NCBI GenBank assembly: GCA_977020255.1
Contig: CDROCS010000506.1
Span: 1,240,001 to 1,304,000 of the forward strand
DNA: 64,000 nucleotides
Source of the DNA: Obrimoposthia wandeli
Taxonomy: Eukaryota
Direction: 5' to 3'
This document shows, in pieces, positions 40,865 through 52,138 of the stretch (within the stretch, counting starts at the first letter, position 1; every line of letters begins with the position of its first letter). A program made the translations under genes and the position numbers. The notes below the pieces were generated by a model, which saw only the letters and a program-made list of their open reading frames with translations, was not told where the DNA came from and searched no databases.

Positions 40865-42181
40865 TTAAACTTCTATACCTTTTGCCACAGCGGCAAGCGT
40901 ATCGACAATTTTATCGACATGGTTTTTTTCAATAATTAACGGTGGAGAAAGGGCGATCGTATTACCCATGCTGCGAGTCAATAGGCCTTTGTCATAGCAT
41001 TTTTTCAGAATATCAAAACCAATCGGTTTACCATTACTTGGTTGAGCAAACTCCACAGCACCGATCAAACCACAATTACGGATATCAATAATAGAAGATA
41101 TGCCCTTTAGCGAATGCAACCCCTCTTGAAAATAGTCGCCGATCTCACCACTAGCGCGCTCTAACAAGCCTTCATTTTGATAAATATCCATTGTTGCTAA
41201 ACCTGCAGCACAGGCCACCGGATGCGCTGAGTAAGTATACCCATGATAGAATTCAACTGCGCCATCAGCAGCACTATTAACAACAGTGTCATAAATTTCA
41301 TCTTTCGCAAATACCGCGCCTAATGGCACCACACCACTGGTGATACCTTTCGCTGATGTGATCAAATCAGGTACGACATCAAATAAATTCGACGCGAATG
41401 AAGACCCTAAACGACCCCAACCGGTAATCACTTCATCAAAGATCAAGACAATATCGTACTTAGTACAGATTTCTCGTAACCGGCATAAGTAACCCTTCGG
41501 TGGTAATATGACGCCACCTGCGCCAGCAATCGGCTCAACTATAACGGCGGCGATGCTATCGGCACCATGGAGTTGTACCAATGCTTCTAGCTGTTCAGCT
41601 TTATCAGCGCCAAATTCAGGTAAACCTTTACTGAAAGCATTACGCGATATATCTAGGGTATGATCGAGATGATCTACAGCTAACAAAGGACCAAAACCTT
41701 TACGGACTGGTCCTATCCCGCCCACAGAAATCCCCCCAAAATTCACCCCGTGGTAGCCAAGTTCACGGCCAATAAAGCGAAACTTACCGGTATTACCTTT
41801 CGCTTTTTGATAAGCCAAGGCAATTTTCATAGCGCTTTCAACCGCTTCAGAACCTGAATTGGTAAAAAACACCTTGTTTAAACCAGGAGGCGTAAACTCA
41901 ACCAGACGTTCTGCAAATTCAAAACCGATATCATGACCAAAGTTAAATGGGGAACTGTAATCCAGCTGTGCCACCTGCTTAGCCATCGCTTCACCGATCT
42001 CTTTACGACCATGGCCCGCATTCACACACCATAAACCAGCAGTCCCATCTAACAATTCACGACCATTATCAGCATAACAATACATGCCTTCAGCACGATT
42101 TATAATACGAGGGTTAGCTTTAAAATCACGGTTAGCGGTAAACGGCATCCAGAATGCGTCGTAGTTAGCTTTCTTTTCCAT
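40865..42181 (-). CDS. Omega-amino acid:pyruvate aminotransferase (class III PLP, BauA-like)
   Basis: FWMPFTANR, LDGTAGLWCVNAGH, YHGVNFGG, IFDEVITGWGR, SAKGIT, HGYTYSAHP. Confidence 0.92.
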   Translation of the reverse strand: MEKKANYDAFWMPFTANRDFKANPRIINRAEGMYCYADNGRELLDGTAGLWCVNAGHGRKEIGEAMAKQVAQLDYSSPFNFGHDIGFEFAERLVEFTPPGLNKVFFTNSGSEAVESAMKIALAYQKAKGNTGKFRFIGRELGYHGVNFGGISVGGIGPVRKGFGPLLAVDHLDHTLDISRNAFSKGLPEFGADKAEQLEALVQLHGADSIAAVIVEPIAGAGGVILPPKGYLCRLREICTKYDIVLIFDEVITGWGRLGSSFASNLFDVVPDLITSAKGITSGVVPLGAVFAKDEIYDTVVNSAADGAVEFYHGYTYSAHPVACAAGLATMDIYQNEGLLERASGEIGDYFQEGLHSLKGISSIIDIRNCGLIGAVEFAQPSNGKPIGFDILKKCYDKGLLTRSMGNTIALSPPLIIEKNHVDKIVDTLAAVAKGIEV

Positions 42182-42314
42182 TAGTAAGACCTTTATATGA
42201 TGATGTTATTATATGATCGTATTGTTTTATAGGATCGTGTATTACATGCCATCAGATTAAGCTGTCGTGCCACCAAGAAAAATCACAGCGAATAAAAATA
42301 AAGGTTTAGGATTC

Positions 42315-42612
42315 TCAAACATTAGGCTTTTCGCCATCCATTTCTTCCTGTAGAAAAGTAACTAATGCTTGAGATGCTTGGGATAGATAATGACTTGCTT
42401 TCCAACCTATCCCTAAATGTATTGGAATTGGAGGATTAAAAGGCACAGCTACGAGTTCACTGTCTTCAGCCAAAATAATAGGTAAACAAGTCGATATCCC
42501 TATTTTCTTACGGACCAGAGACTTCAACAGTTCAATTAAGTTAGTTTCAAAACAAATGTCAGGATTGATTCGATGTTGCTGGCAATAACTACTCACCGCC
42601 TCCCGGTGGAAA
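42315..42612 (-). pseudogene. C-terminal remnant of a LysR-family regulator
   Basis: FHREAVSSYC...DICFETNLIELLKSLVRKKIGIST...W...YLSQASQALV substrate-binding domain; no HTH. Confidence 0.85.
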
Positions 42613-43598
42613 ACTGTGGCAAGTTATTAGTCGCAACCGACCAGGTCGAACTACAACGTATGCAAGATCTTTATCAACGCTGTCGTGATAACGATATTCA
42701 CGTGACACGATTAAACCAAGCAGAACTAAAAATAAAAGAACCTAATATCCAAGGGATTGGGGCCATTTTTGTCGATACCACCAGCATCGTCAATTACACC
42801 CTTGTCACCGAGAAAATGGCCGAGGAATTTGTGCGACTTGGCGGGAAAATCATGCTAGATACCAAAGTCATCAATTTAGTTGAGTCAACTGAACACATCA
42901 CTTTAACCTGCCAAAGCAGCGCAGCAGAAGTTAGCATTATGAGCCGCTTTCTCGTCACTTGCTCAGGTTTGATGGCAGACCGAATCACGCAAATGCTAAA
43001 TATAGAAACTGACTTTCAAATAATTCCTTATCGGGGCGAGTACTATCGACTGCCCACCAAACACAATAATATTGTCAATCATCTCATTTATCCGATTCCA
43101 GATCCCGAACTTCCTTTTCTCGGAGTGCATCTCACCCGAATGATCGATGGTACAGTCACTGTCGGACCAAACGCTGTGCAAGGTTGGAAACGCGAAGGTT
43201 ACGGTAAAATAAATCTTAATTGGCGCGATATCATAGACATGCTTAGTTTCTCCGGATTCTGGAAAGTCACGAAGAACAACTTAAAGTCAGGATTAATTGA
43301 AACTAAGAATTCATGGTGGAAACCAGGCTATTTGAAATTGGTAAATAAATACTGCAGCCAGATTAAACTCGCAGACCTACAGCCTTACCCTGCGGGGATC
43401 CGAGCACAAGCTGTATTAAAAGATGGGAGTTTGGTGCATGATTTTCTATTTGCTGAAAGCCCTCGTAGCTTACACGTTTGTAATGCGCCCTCACCAGCAG
43501 CGACATCTGCAATCCCAATCGGCAATTATATTTGTGAAAAAATCATGGTAAAACAAGGTATCTCAGAAAATGGTGATTTATGTCAGCAATCGGCTTAG
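42600..43598 (+). pseudogene. lhgO: 5'-truncated L-2-hydroxyglutarate oxidase
   Basis: Homology starts at PVENCGKLLVAT and includes PYRGEY, YPIPDPELPFLGVHLT, GPNA, NAPSPAATS. The N-terminal GxGxxG FAD motif and HQTGHNSGVIH are missing. Confidence 0.88.
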
Positions 43599-43633
43599 CA
43601 TAAATTATGCGCTTATCTTTACGCGTTAAAAGC

Positions 43634-43668
43634 ACCATCAGCAAGGGCATAACACCCTTGCTGATGGT
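43634..43668. terminator. Hairpin between convergent lhgO and LysR
   Basis: Perfect 14-bp stem ACCATCAGCAAGGG-N7-CCCTTGCTGATGGT. Confidence 0.7.
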
Positions 43669-43676
43669 TTAATTAT

Positions 43677-44603
43677 TTAAATCTCACGATTATAAAAATC
43701 ACCTAATGTTTTGATGAATAAAGAGCGAACTCGGCTGACAGTAGTCGTTTTTTTAGTAATAGCCATAATATCGGAACGATAAACACGCTGCTTAACCAAA
43801 CATTTTAATTGTCCAGCATCGATATAAGACTGAGCATAACTCTCCGGTAAAAAGCCAATATAACGACCAGAAAGCAGCAAAGCTAAGCGAGAGTCGTAGT
43901 TATACGCTGTTGCTTTAATATTCATATTTGCTAGGTGCCCATTGATATTTTCTTGTGACTTCATACCAGCATAAACCGCAGGAAAACCGTTAATAACGGC
44001 ATCATTAAGCTCACTATCTGGCAAGCTAAAAAGTGGGCAATCATTACTGCAATATAAATAGCAATTATCAGTAAAAATAGCCTGATACTCCAAGCCATCA
44101 AGGCTACGATGATAAGGAATAAAACCGATATCAGCTTCTTCACTTAATACTTGTCGTTCAATTTCAGCCATATTAGCGACTTCTGAAGTCAAGTAGACTT
44201 CACTTGCGATTTTGGCAAAATTACGGAATACGGTGGGGATACCGGCACGTGCATCCAAACTAATCGTATCACTAAATAACACAGTTAAAGAGCCAGATAA
44301 CTGCTCATCTAATCCGTTAATAATATTTCTGAAGTGGTCCAATTCAGCTAATAACTTAACCGTGGCATCATAAACTACTTGCCCTTCTTCTGAGAGTGAA
44401 AAACCAGCACGACCACGACGACACAGCGTTAAATGCAGGCGAGATTCTAAGTTTGATATATGAATACTGATCGTTGAACGACTAATATTCAGTTCGGTCT
44501 CCGCGGCAGAAAAACCACCGCAATCAGCAACTGTTTTAAATATCTTTAATTGCTTAATTTCATAATCACCAATCTGCCCAATAGGGAAAGATATTTTTGT
44601 CAT
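43677..44603 (-). CDS. LysR-family regulator (BauR-like), divergent from gabD
   Basis: LKIFKTVADCGGFSAAETELNISRSTISIHISNLESRL.LTLCRRGRAGFSL HTH region. Confidence 0.92.
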   Translation of the reverse strand: MTKISFPIGQIGDYEIKQLKIFKTVADCGGFSAAETELNISRSTISIHISNLESRLHLTLCRRGRAGFSLSEEGQVVYDATVKLLAELDHFRNIINGLDEQLSGSLTVLFSDTISLDARAGIPTVFRNFAKIASEVYLTSEVANMAEIERQVLSEEADIGFIPYHRSLDGLEYQAIFTDNCYLYCSNDCPLFSLPDSELNDAVINGFPAVYAGMKSQENINGHLANMNIKATAYNYDSRLALLLSGRYIGFLPESYAQSYIDAGQLKCLVKQRVYRSDIMAITKKTTTVSRVRSLFIKTLGDFYNREI

Positions 44604-44782
44604 TGTTGCATGCCCATAAAACTTCAGATTTAAACATAAGTATGTATCTAACAGATCAAATGTTAATATTATGTAGCATTGTATATGAGTTTGCTGCGTG
44701 AATCTTTGAAGCTGGTAATACTTTCAGTAGAGGTCACGCACATTCAAGTTATTAATGGCTCGCTAGTCTAATAGGTGAATAA

Positions 44783-46234
44783 ATGAATAAATTACAGTTA
44801 GTTCAATCTCTAGCATATATCAATGGACAATGGACCACCGCGAAAAGTGGCGCCATGATGAATGTAGTAAATCCAGCTAACGGGGCGATCATAACGTCGG
44901 TGCCCGATATGACAGCTGAAGATGCAGAAGCGGCTGTATTGGCCGCTGATAGTGCTTTGGTAACATGGCGGAAAACCACCGGGAAACAACGCGCTATATT
45001 ACTTAGGACGTGGTTTGACTTAATCGTCAAAAATGCAGATGAACTCGCTAAATTACTCACCTCTGAGCAAGGTAAACCCTATAACGAAGCTTATGGCGAA
45101 GTCATGTATGGAGCTTCATTCGTTGAGTGGTTTGCCGAAGAAGCGAAACGAACTTACGGTGATAACATTCCAGCAGCAATGCCGGGAAATCGTTATATGA
45201 CGATCAAACAACCTGTTGGCGTGGTGACGGCGATCACCCCATGGAATTTTCCAGTTGCCATGATCACGCGTAAAGTAGCCCCAGCACTTGCTGCAGGTTG
45301 CACTGTTATCGTGAAACCCGGTGAGGATACGCCTTTGTGTGCATTAGCAATGGCAAAGCTCGCAGAGCAAGCGGGTATTCCAAAAGGTGTGATTAACGTC
45401 ATTACGACAAAACAACCCGCTGCAGTAGGAGAAATACTTTGTACTCATCCATTGGTAAGAAAAGTATCTTTCACAGGTTCAACAGCCATAGGAAAGCATA
45501 TCTTAGCTCAAGCAGCCGGAACCGTAAAAAAAGTATCTATGGAGCTGGGAGGTAACGCGCCGTTTATTGTCTTTGATGATGCTGATATTGATAAAGCGGT
45601 ACAAGGTGCGCTTGTCTCTAAATATCGTAATGCTGGACAAACCTGCGTGTGTACTAATCGCCTATACCTGCATGATGCAATCTACGATGAGTTTATGGCT
45701 AAGTTCACCACCGTCGTCAGCGAATTACGATTAGGTTGTGGATTAGAAAATGGCACTGAAATTGGCCCTCTCATCAATAAAAAGGCCATCGACAAAGTGT
45801 CTAGCATCGTTGAGCATGCTTTAACTCAAGGCGCAGAGTTACATCTCGGCGGCCATGTCGCAAGCCTCGGTGAACTCTATTATCAACCGACCATTTTAAC
45901 TCATGTGACCGAAGAGATGGATGTAGCCCATCAAGAGTTATTCGGTCCAGTAACGACGGTTTTTCGATTCAGCGATGAAGAAGATGTTATTGCCCGTGCC
46001 AATAATACACCTTATGGTTTAGCTGCTTATTTCTATAGCCGTGATAATAGTAGAATATGGCGAGTAGGTGAAGCGTTGGAATACGGTATCGTTGGTATTA
46101 ATGAAGGTATAATCTCAACTGAAGTAGCTCCTTTTGGTGGTATTAAAGAATCAGGTAATGGCCGTGAAGGTTCTAAATATGGTATTGAAGACTATTTAGA
46201 AATTAAATATTTATGCCTAGGTATCGATGTTTAA
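44783..46234 (+). CDS. gabD: NAD(P)+ succinate-semialdehyde dehydrogenase
   Basis: ITPWNFP, FTGST, ELGGNAP, NAGQTCVC, ELFGP, FGGIKESG.GREGSKYGIEDYLEIKY. Confidence 0.9.
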   Translation: MNKLQLVQSLAYINGQWTTAKSGAMMNVVNPANGAIITSVPDMTAEDAEAAVLAADSALVTWRKTTGKQRAILLRTWFDLIVKNADELAKLLTSEQGKPYNEAYGEVMYGASFVEWFAEEAKRTYGDNIPAAMPGNRYMTIKQPVGVVTAITPWNFPVAMITRKVAPALAAGCTVIVKPGEDTPLCALAMAKLAEQAGIPKGVINVITTKQPAAVGEILCTHPLVRKVSFTGSTAIGKHILAQAAGTVKKVSMELGGNAPFIVFDDADIDKAVQGALVSKYRNAGQTCVCTNRLYLHDAIYDEFMAKFTTVVSELRLGCGLENGTEIGPLINKKAIDKVSSIVEHALTQGAELHLGGHVASLGELYYQPTILTHVTEEMDVAHQELFGPVTTVFRFSDEEDVIARANNTPYGLAAYFYSRDNSRIWRVGEALEYGIVGINEGIISTEVAPFGGIKESGNGREGSKYGIEDYLEIKYLCLGIDV

Positions 46235-46300
46235 AAATCGTCAATATACCTGATTAATCATTGGCAATATCATCAGATATTGCCTTTTCAGCTCACTCAA

Positions 46301-47311
46301 TTAACAATCAGAAATAGCTCTCACACTATCTCGCTCAACTAAGGTTGGTTCTAATTCGATGATCTGATTGATTTCAGACTTGTTGTTAATTTTTTCGAGC
46401 AACATATCCACTGCTTTTTGCCCTAAACGATGTTTAGGCTGGTGAATAGTGGTTAATGACGGGGTAATGTATTTCGCCAACTTAATGTCATCGTAGCCAA
46501 TAATAGACAGGTCTTGCGGTACCGAGATACCCAACTTGCTGGCGCTATTAATCACGCTCATCGCCATCATGTCATTACAGACAAACAATGCCGAGGGTAA
46601 TGGACCATTAGCAACCATTTCAGCAAAGGCTTTTTCACCCCCTTCACATTCAAAGTTACCTGCCGTCACCCAGTTCGGGTTTATCGCTAAGCCAGCTTCA
46701 TCCATCGCTTGGGTAAAACCTGCAAAACGCTGCTGCGCTGTTAACTTATCTAACACACCGGTAATACAGCCAATCTCAGTATGGCCTTTCGCAATAAGAT
46801 GCTGCGTCGCCATATAACCACCGCGATGGGAGTTATCTTGGATCTTATCGCACGAGAAATTCGTTGGGCCCCAATCCATCACCACTGTCGGTACTGGCTT
46901 GTGACGTTCAAACAAATTAAAACCTTGGCTTTCAACTTCACTGCACATCAACATAAGTCCATCAACGCGCTTCTGTAATAACGTATCTAGGTTGGCATGC
47001 ATGCGCGCAATATCACCTTCGGTATTACAGAGGATAAGCGTATAGCCATGTTCATAACAGCGACGTTCTACGCCTTTCAACACTTCCCCAAAGAATGGGT
47101 TGGTTGAGGTAGTAACCAACATACCAAATGTTTTGGTACTCTGAACTTTAAGACTGCGCGCCAATGCAGAGGGCGCATAACGTAATTCGTCAACGGCCGT
47201 TTTCACGCGCGCAGACACATCTTCACTCACATAGCGGGTATTATTTAATACATGACTCACCGTTGACGTCGATACACCTGCATGTTTTGCTACGTCTTTA
47301 ATTGTTGCCAT
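46301..47311 (-). CDS. rbsR: Ribose operon repressor (LacI family)
   Basis: MATIKDVAKHAGVSTSTVSHV HTH; last gene of the rbsDACBKR operon. Confidence 0.97.
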   Translation of the reverse strand: MATIKDVAKHAGVSTSTVSHVLNNTRYVSEDVSARVKTAVDELRYAPSALARSLKVQSTKTFGMLVTTSTNPFFGEVLKGVERRCYEHGYTLILCNTEGDIARMHANLDTLLQKRVDGLMLMCSEVESQGFNLFERHKPVPTVVMDWGPTNFSCDKIQDNSHRGGYMATQHLIAKGHTEIGCITGVLDKLTAQQRFAGFTQAMDEAGLAINPNWVTAGNFECEGGEKAFAEMVANGPLPSALFVCNDMMAMSVINSASKLGISVPQDLSIIGYDDIKLAKYITPSLTTIHQPKHRLGQKAVDMLLEKINNKSEINQIIELEPTLVERDSVRAISDC

Positions 47312-47406
47312 TCGCTAATATTGTCCATGTTATGAATAAAAAGGTTGTGAATAAAAAGGCGATTAAGTACTCACCACCTATAAATACACACAACCTCTAA
47401 TACGTG

Positions 47407-48327
47407 TTAATTTTGTAACGCTAAAAATGCATCAACTTCTGCTTTGCTTGGAATTGATGTTTGTGCTCCAACACGCGTAACAGAGATAGCAGCGGCTGCA
47501 TGCGCAAATACGATCGCATCATCTAATCCTAATCCAGCCTGTAATCCAGCTAATAAACCGCCATTAAAGGTATCACCTGCCGCAGTTGTATCAACCGCAT
47601 CCACACGGAAACCTTTTACTTGTTTACCAGTGCCCGATTTGCTGATCCATACACCTTGACTACCGAGCGTGATCATCACTTCGCTAATGCCTTTATCATG
47701 TAATACATCTGCCGCGATCTGCGCTGATGCCATATCAGTCACTTTAACGCCTGTTAATAGTTCAGCTTCAGTTTCATTCGGCGTGATCAAATCAACCACT
47801 GCTAATAACTCATCACTTAATGGTTGAGCAGGCGCTGGGTTTAATACTACGCGAGTGCCCGCTTGTTTAGCTATTCTAGCGGCTTGTGTGATAGTTGCAA
47901 TCGGCGTTTCTAATTGCATTAATAATGTATCAGCTTGTGCAATTAATTCGCTATGTGGGGCTAGTCGCTCTGGTGTTAAACACGCATTGGCTTCAGCCGA
48001 GATACAAATGCTATTTTCACCCGTTGCAGCGACTTGGATCATGGCGATACCTGTTGGCGTCCCCTGTTCCGTCATGACTGCTTGGGTATTAATCCCATCA
48101 CGACCAAATTCAGTGATCATGTGAGTGCCAAAACTATCATCACCAACACAAGCGATAAAGGCAATATCAGCACCTAAACGTGCCGCGGCTACCGCTTGGT
48201 TTGCACCTTTACCACCGGGGATAACAGCATAACTATGCCCAAGTAAGGTTTCGCCTGGACGCGGAAAAGAAGCCACTTGTAAAACATGATCAGCGTTAAC
48301 ACTGCCTAACACAACTAACTTATTCAT
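47407..48327 (-). CDS. rbsK: Ribokinase
   Basis: GSVNADHV, GGKGANQAVAAAR, NETEA, DTTAAGDTF. Confidence 0.98.
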   Translation of the reverse strand: MNKLVVLGSVNADHVLQVASFPRPGETLLGHSYAVIPGGKGANQAVAAARLGADIAFIACVGDDSFGTHMITEFGRDGINTQAVMTEQGTPTGIAMIQVAATGENSICISAEANACLTPERLAPHSELIAQADTLLMQLETPIATITQAARIAKQAGTRVVLNPAPAQPLSDELLAVVDLITPNETEAELLTGVKVTDMASAQIAADVLHDKGISEVMITLGSQGVWISKSGTGKQVKGFRVDAVDTTAAGDTFNGGLLAGLQAGLGLDDAIVFAHAAAAISVTRVGAQTSIPSKAEVDAFLALQN

Positions 48328-48475
48328 AAAGAAGCCTTAATACATTGTAACTGGAGAGAATAAAACATGACTTAATCGCACGATAGTTAATGTACATACT
48401 ATTAAGTCATATCTTTCATATGTGAAATTGAAAAATAGGACGGGATAACGACGCGCGTTATCCCCTGCTACATTA

Positions 48476-49354
48476 TTACTTGGTGATAACTTTAAGTGGT
48501 ACAGCGATACTTTTTTCTACCGGTAGACCTTTAAGTACTTTATCAGCCGCTTCAACACCCAGCGCACCAATTAGCCCTGGTTGTTGTGCAATTGTCGCAC
48601 CTAAGATACCGCGATTAACCGCAGCGATACCGTCTTCAGTACCATCAAAACCAACGATTAATACATCTTTACCCGATGCTTGCACTGCGCGTAATGCACC
48701 TAATGCCATTTCATCGTTTTGCGCGAATACAGCTTGTACATCAGGGTTAGCAGCAAGCATATTTTCCATTACGTTAAGACCTTTAGTACGGTCAAAATCA
48801 GCTGGTTGGCTAGCTAACAGATTCATCTTGTTTTTATCAACCGCTTGCATGAAACCTTGACCACGTTCGCGTGCTGCAGAAGTACCTGCGATGCCTTCTA
48901 ACTGAATAACATTCGCGTTAGCGCCTATCGTATCAGTAATATATTGACCCGCCATTTCGCCACCAGCAACGTTATCAGATGCAATGTGGCTAACAACTTT
49001 ACCGCGACTTGCACCACGATCTAATGTTAATACCGGAATACCAGCACGATTAGCCATACGGATAGCGTTTGATACAGCATCTGAATCAGTTGGGTTGATT
49101 AGAATAGCCTTCACGCCACGTACTGTTAAATCTTCAACATTCGATAATTCTTTACTTGGATCGTTTTGCGAGTCCAATACAATTAATTTATAACCTAAGG
49201 CTTCAGCTTTATCTTCCGCCCCTTCTTTCATTGTCACAAAGAAAGGGTTGTTTAGTGTCGACACGACCATGGCAATAGAATCTTGCGCCATTACAGTTGC
49301 ACTAAAAGACGCTGAAACGAGAGCAGCAGAGATCAAGGTTGCTAATTTTTTCAT
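48476..49354 (-). CDS. rbsB: Ribose ABC transporter substrate-binding protein
   Basis: [40 protein letters not shown] 49354 preferred. Confidence 0.97.
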   Translation of the reverse strand: MKKLATLISAALVSASFSATVMAQDSIAMVVSTLNNPFFVTMKEGAEDKAEALGYKLIVLDSQNDPSKELSNVEDLTVRGVKAILINPTDSDAVSNAIRMANRAGIPVLTLDRGASRGKVVSHIASDNVAGGEMAGQYITDTIGANANVIQLEGIAGTSAARERGQGFMQAVDKNKMNLLASQPADFDRTKGLNVMENMLAANPDVQAVFAQNDEMALGALRAVQASGKDVLIVGFDGTEDGIAAVNRGILGATIAQQPGLIGALGVEAADKVLKGLPVEKSIAVPLKVITK

Positions 49355-49479
49355 TACATATACCTTCTTGTTAGTTCTGCTGCCTCGATAGGGTATGAGG
49401 TTCACAGGTTTTGTTATGATTATTTATCGTGTTTTACTATTTTTGTTATTATGGTTGTTATTTTTCTCTTTATTTCGGT

Positions 49480-50520
49480 CTATTTCTTTTTCGTTTCGAC
49501 TAATACTGCCAGTAATATCACTACAGCTTTAGCAATCATTTGGAAATATGAAGATACATCCAATAGGTTTAAGGCGTTATTTAGGAAGCCGATAATCAAT
49601 GCGCCAATTAACGTGCCCATAATACGACCTTTACCACCAGCAAGACTGGTACCGCCGACAACTACCGCAGCAATCGCATCTAGCTCATAACCCATACCAG
49701 CTGTTGGTTGCGCAGATGAAAGACGTGAAGTCACAATCAGACCCGCTAATGCAGCCAGTACACCACAAATCGCATAGACACCGATCTTCACTTTATCTAC
49801 GTTAATACCTGATAAACGAGTCGCCGCTTCATTACCACCAAGCGCATAAACATAACGACCAAAGCGTGTGTGGTTAAGTAAGTACCATACCGATGCAAAA
49901 ACAATAACCATTAACCAGATTGGCACTGGCACACCTAACAAGTAACCGGTACCGATCCACGAGAAGCTATCTGCTACATCAGTAAAACCTGTTGAAATTG
50001 GGCGTCCGTCGGTATAAACCATCGTCACACCGCGTAATAATGTCATGGTAACCAGTGTAGCGATAAAGGCTTGCACCTTACCTTTGGCGATAATAATACC
50101 GCTCATGGCACCCAATGCTGCACCTGCAAATAATGCCACTGGTACGGCAATCATCACAGACACTTCCATTGCGATTAAAGACGCTGCAAAAGCACCACAG
50201 AGGGCTAATACCGAGCCAACACCTAAATCAATACCACCGGTTAAAATAACTAAGGTCATGCCCACAGCAATGATCGCGCTCACTGATGTTTGACGTAATA
50301 TGTTTAAAATATTGCCCATGGTGAAAAAGTGCGGGTTCAAGAAAGACACCACCACAATCAACAAAATTAAGGCAATTAATGATTTTTGTTCAAAAAGCCA
50401 TTCTTTGGTAAAGAATTTTTGGGTTAAAGTTTTCGTCATAACATCACCGGTTACATTGTTGTTGGAATTGATATTGTTGTTAGTAGTAGCATTACTATTC
50501 GCTGTTTGATTCTGGCTCAT
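49480..50520 (-). CDS. rbsC: Ribose ABC transporter permease, with Asn/Thr-rich N-terminal extension
   Basis: [40 protein letters not shown]. Confidence 0.97.
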   Translation of the reverse strand: MSQNQTANSNATTNNNINSNNNVTGDVMTKTLTQKFFTKEWLFEQKSLIALILLIVVVSFLNPHFFTMGNILNILRQTSVSAIIAVGMTLVILTGGIDLGVGSVLALCGAFAASLIAMEVSVMIAVPVALFAGAALGAMSGIIIAKGKVQAFIATLVTMTLLRGVTMVYTDGRPISTGFTDVADSFSWIGTGYLLGVPVPIWLMVIVFASVWYLLNHTRFGRYVYALGGNEAATRLSGINVDKVKIGVYAICGVLAALAGLIVTSRLSSAQPTAGMGYELDAIAAVVVGGTSLAGGKGRIMGTLIGALIIGFLNNALNLLDVSSYFQMIAKAVVILLAVLVETKKK

Positions 50521-52022
50521 AGCACTGCCTCATTGATTTTTTTGCCAACGGCACACGCCATCAGTTTTTCTTGATCCGCGTCTGCAGCCATAAACTCACC
50601 ACTAATACGGCCTTCGTGCATCACTAAGATACGATCACTCATGCCCAATACTTCTGGCATTTCTGATGAGACGAGGATGATGCTCATACCTTCCGCTTTA
50701 AATTGATTGATTAATTGATAAATTTCTTTTTTAGCGCCAACATCAACACCACGTGTTGGTTCGTCTAAAATGAGCACTTTAGGGCGGGTCATTAAGCCTT
50801 TGGCAATCGCTACTTTCTGTTGGTTACCACCAGACAAGTTACCAATGATCTGATCGCGACTCGGGGTTTTAACATTAAACTGGCGCATGAAGTCTTCTAC
50901 CGCAGTAGCTTCTTTATCGTGGTCTATTTGTAGACCTTTCGACAAGGCGTCTAACGCACATAAAGACATGTTTTCTTTGACTGATAAACCGAGGATAAGG
51001 CCATCGCCTTTACGATCTTCAGAGATATAGGCAATACCATTAGCCAGACCATCACGCGGCGTAATCGGGCTCACCACTTTGTTATCCAAAATAACATCGC
51101 CAGACTGACGTGCTAGTGCGCCATAAATCGCTTTCATTAATTCGGTACGGCCTGCGCCCATTAGCCCTGAGATACCTAAGATCTCACCATGGTCTAACGT
51201 GAAGCTGACATCACGCACACCCGGTGCAACAATATTTTCAACTTCCAAACATAACGTGCCGTGTTTAGCATCGATACGCGGATAAATTTCGTCAAGACGG
51301 CGGCCAACCATTTTTTCAATTAGACCATCTTCATCAATATCGGATACTGCTATTTCAGCAATAAATTTACCATCACGTAATACGGTAATGTCATCGCAGA
51401 TCTCAAAAATTTCTTTTAAGCGATGCGAGATATAAACGATGCCGCAACCTTCATTACGCAATTCGTTGATCACTTTAAATAATGATTTAGTTTCGCTGTC
51501 TGTTAACGCATCAGTCGGTTCATCCATCACGATAACTTTTGATTTAAATGACAACGCTTTGGCGATCTCCACCATTTGCTGTTCACCTAAACTCAGTTCG
51601 CCTAACAGTTTGCGCGAGCTGTGTTTTACATTTAAGCGTTGTAATAATGCATCGGCATCGCGATACATTTCTGTCCATTTGATGCCGCCAAAGACGTTGG
51701 TTCTTTCACGGCCTAAGAAAATGTTTTCAGCAATTGTTAACTCAGGGATCAAGTTTAGTTCTTGATGAATGATACTGATACCGACTTCTTGGGAATGACG
51801 TGGACCGTCAAATGTCACATCACTACCTTGATAGTTGATAGATCCTTTGTCCATGTGATAGATACCCGTAAGTACCTTCATCAACGTCGATTTACCGGCA
51901 CCATTTTCGCCCAGTAATGCCATTACTTTACCTGGGTATACATTCAAACAGGCATTATCCAATGCTTTCACACCAGGAAATGATTTTTCGATACCACTGA
52001 GTTTTAAAATTGCTTGCGTCAT
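50517..52022 (-). CDS. rbsA: Ribose ABC transporter ATP-binding protein
   Basis: [32 protein letters not shown]; two ATPase halves. Confidence 0.98.
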   Translation of the reverse strand: MTQAILKLSGIEKSFPGVKALDNACLNVYPGKVMALLGENGAGKSTLMKVLTGIYHMDKGSINYQGSDVTFDGPRHSQEVGISIIHQELNLIPELTIAENIFLGRERTNVFGGIKWTEMYRDADALLQRLNVKHSSRKLLGELSLGEQQMVEIAKALSFKSKVIVMDEPTDALTDSETKSLFKVINELRNEGCGIVYISHRLKEIFEICDDITVLRDGKFIAEIAVSDIDEDGLIEKMVGRRLDEIYPRIDAKHGTLCLEVENIVAPGVRDVSFTLDHGEILGISGLMGAGRTELMKAIYGALARQSGDVILDNKVVSPITPRDGLANGIAYISEDRKGDGLILGLSVKENMSLCALDALSKGLQIDHDKEATAVEDFMRQFNVKTPSRDQIIGNLSGGNQQKVAIAKGLMTRPKVLILDEPTRGVDVGAKKEIYQLINQFKAEGMSIILVSSEMPEVLGMSDRILVMHEGRISGEFMAADADQEKLMACAVGKKINEAVL

Positions 52023-52138
52023 GTCAGTTCCTACTTTATTCCGCATAAATAGCTGTTAATACGTTTGGTTAATCAATGCTGTACTACTCTGTTCAGAGCA
52101 GAGCTTTATTGCTCTGAGCTAAGAACAATACAGCTAAA

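Noticed and set aside
49455-49500. Possible degenerate copy of the rbsC terminal codons after its stop
   Set aside because: The region is A-rich low complexity, so the match is not distinguishable from chance.
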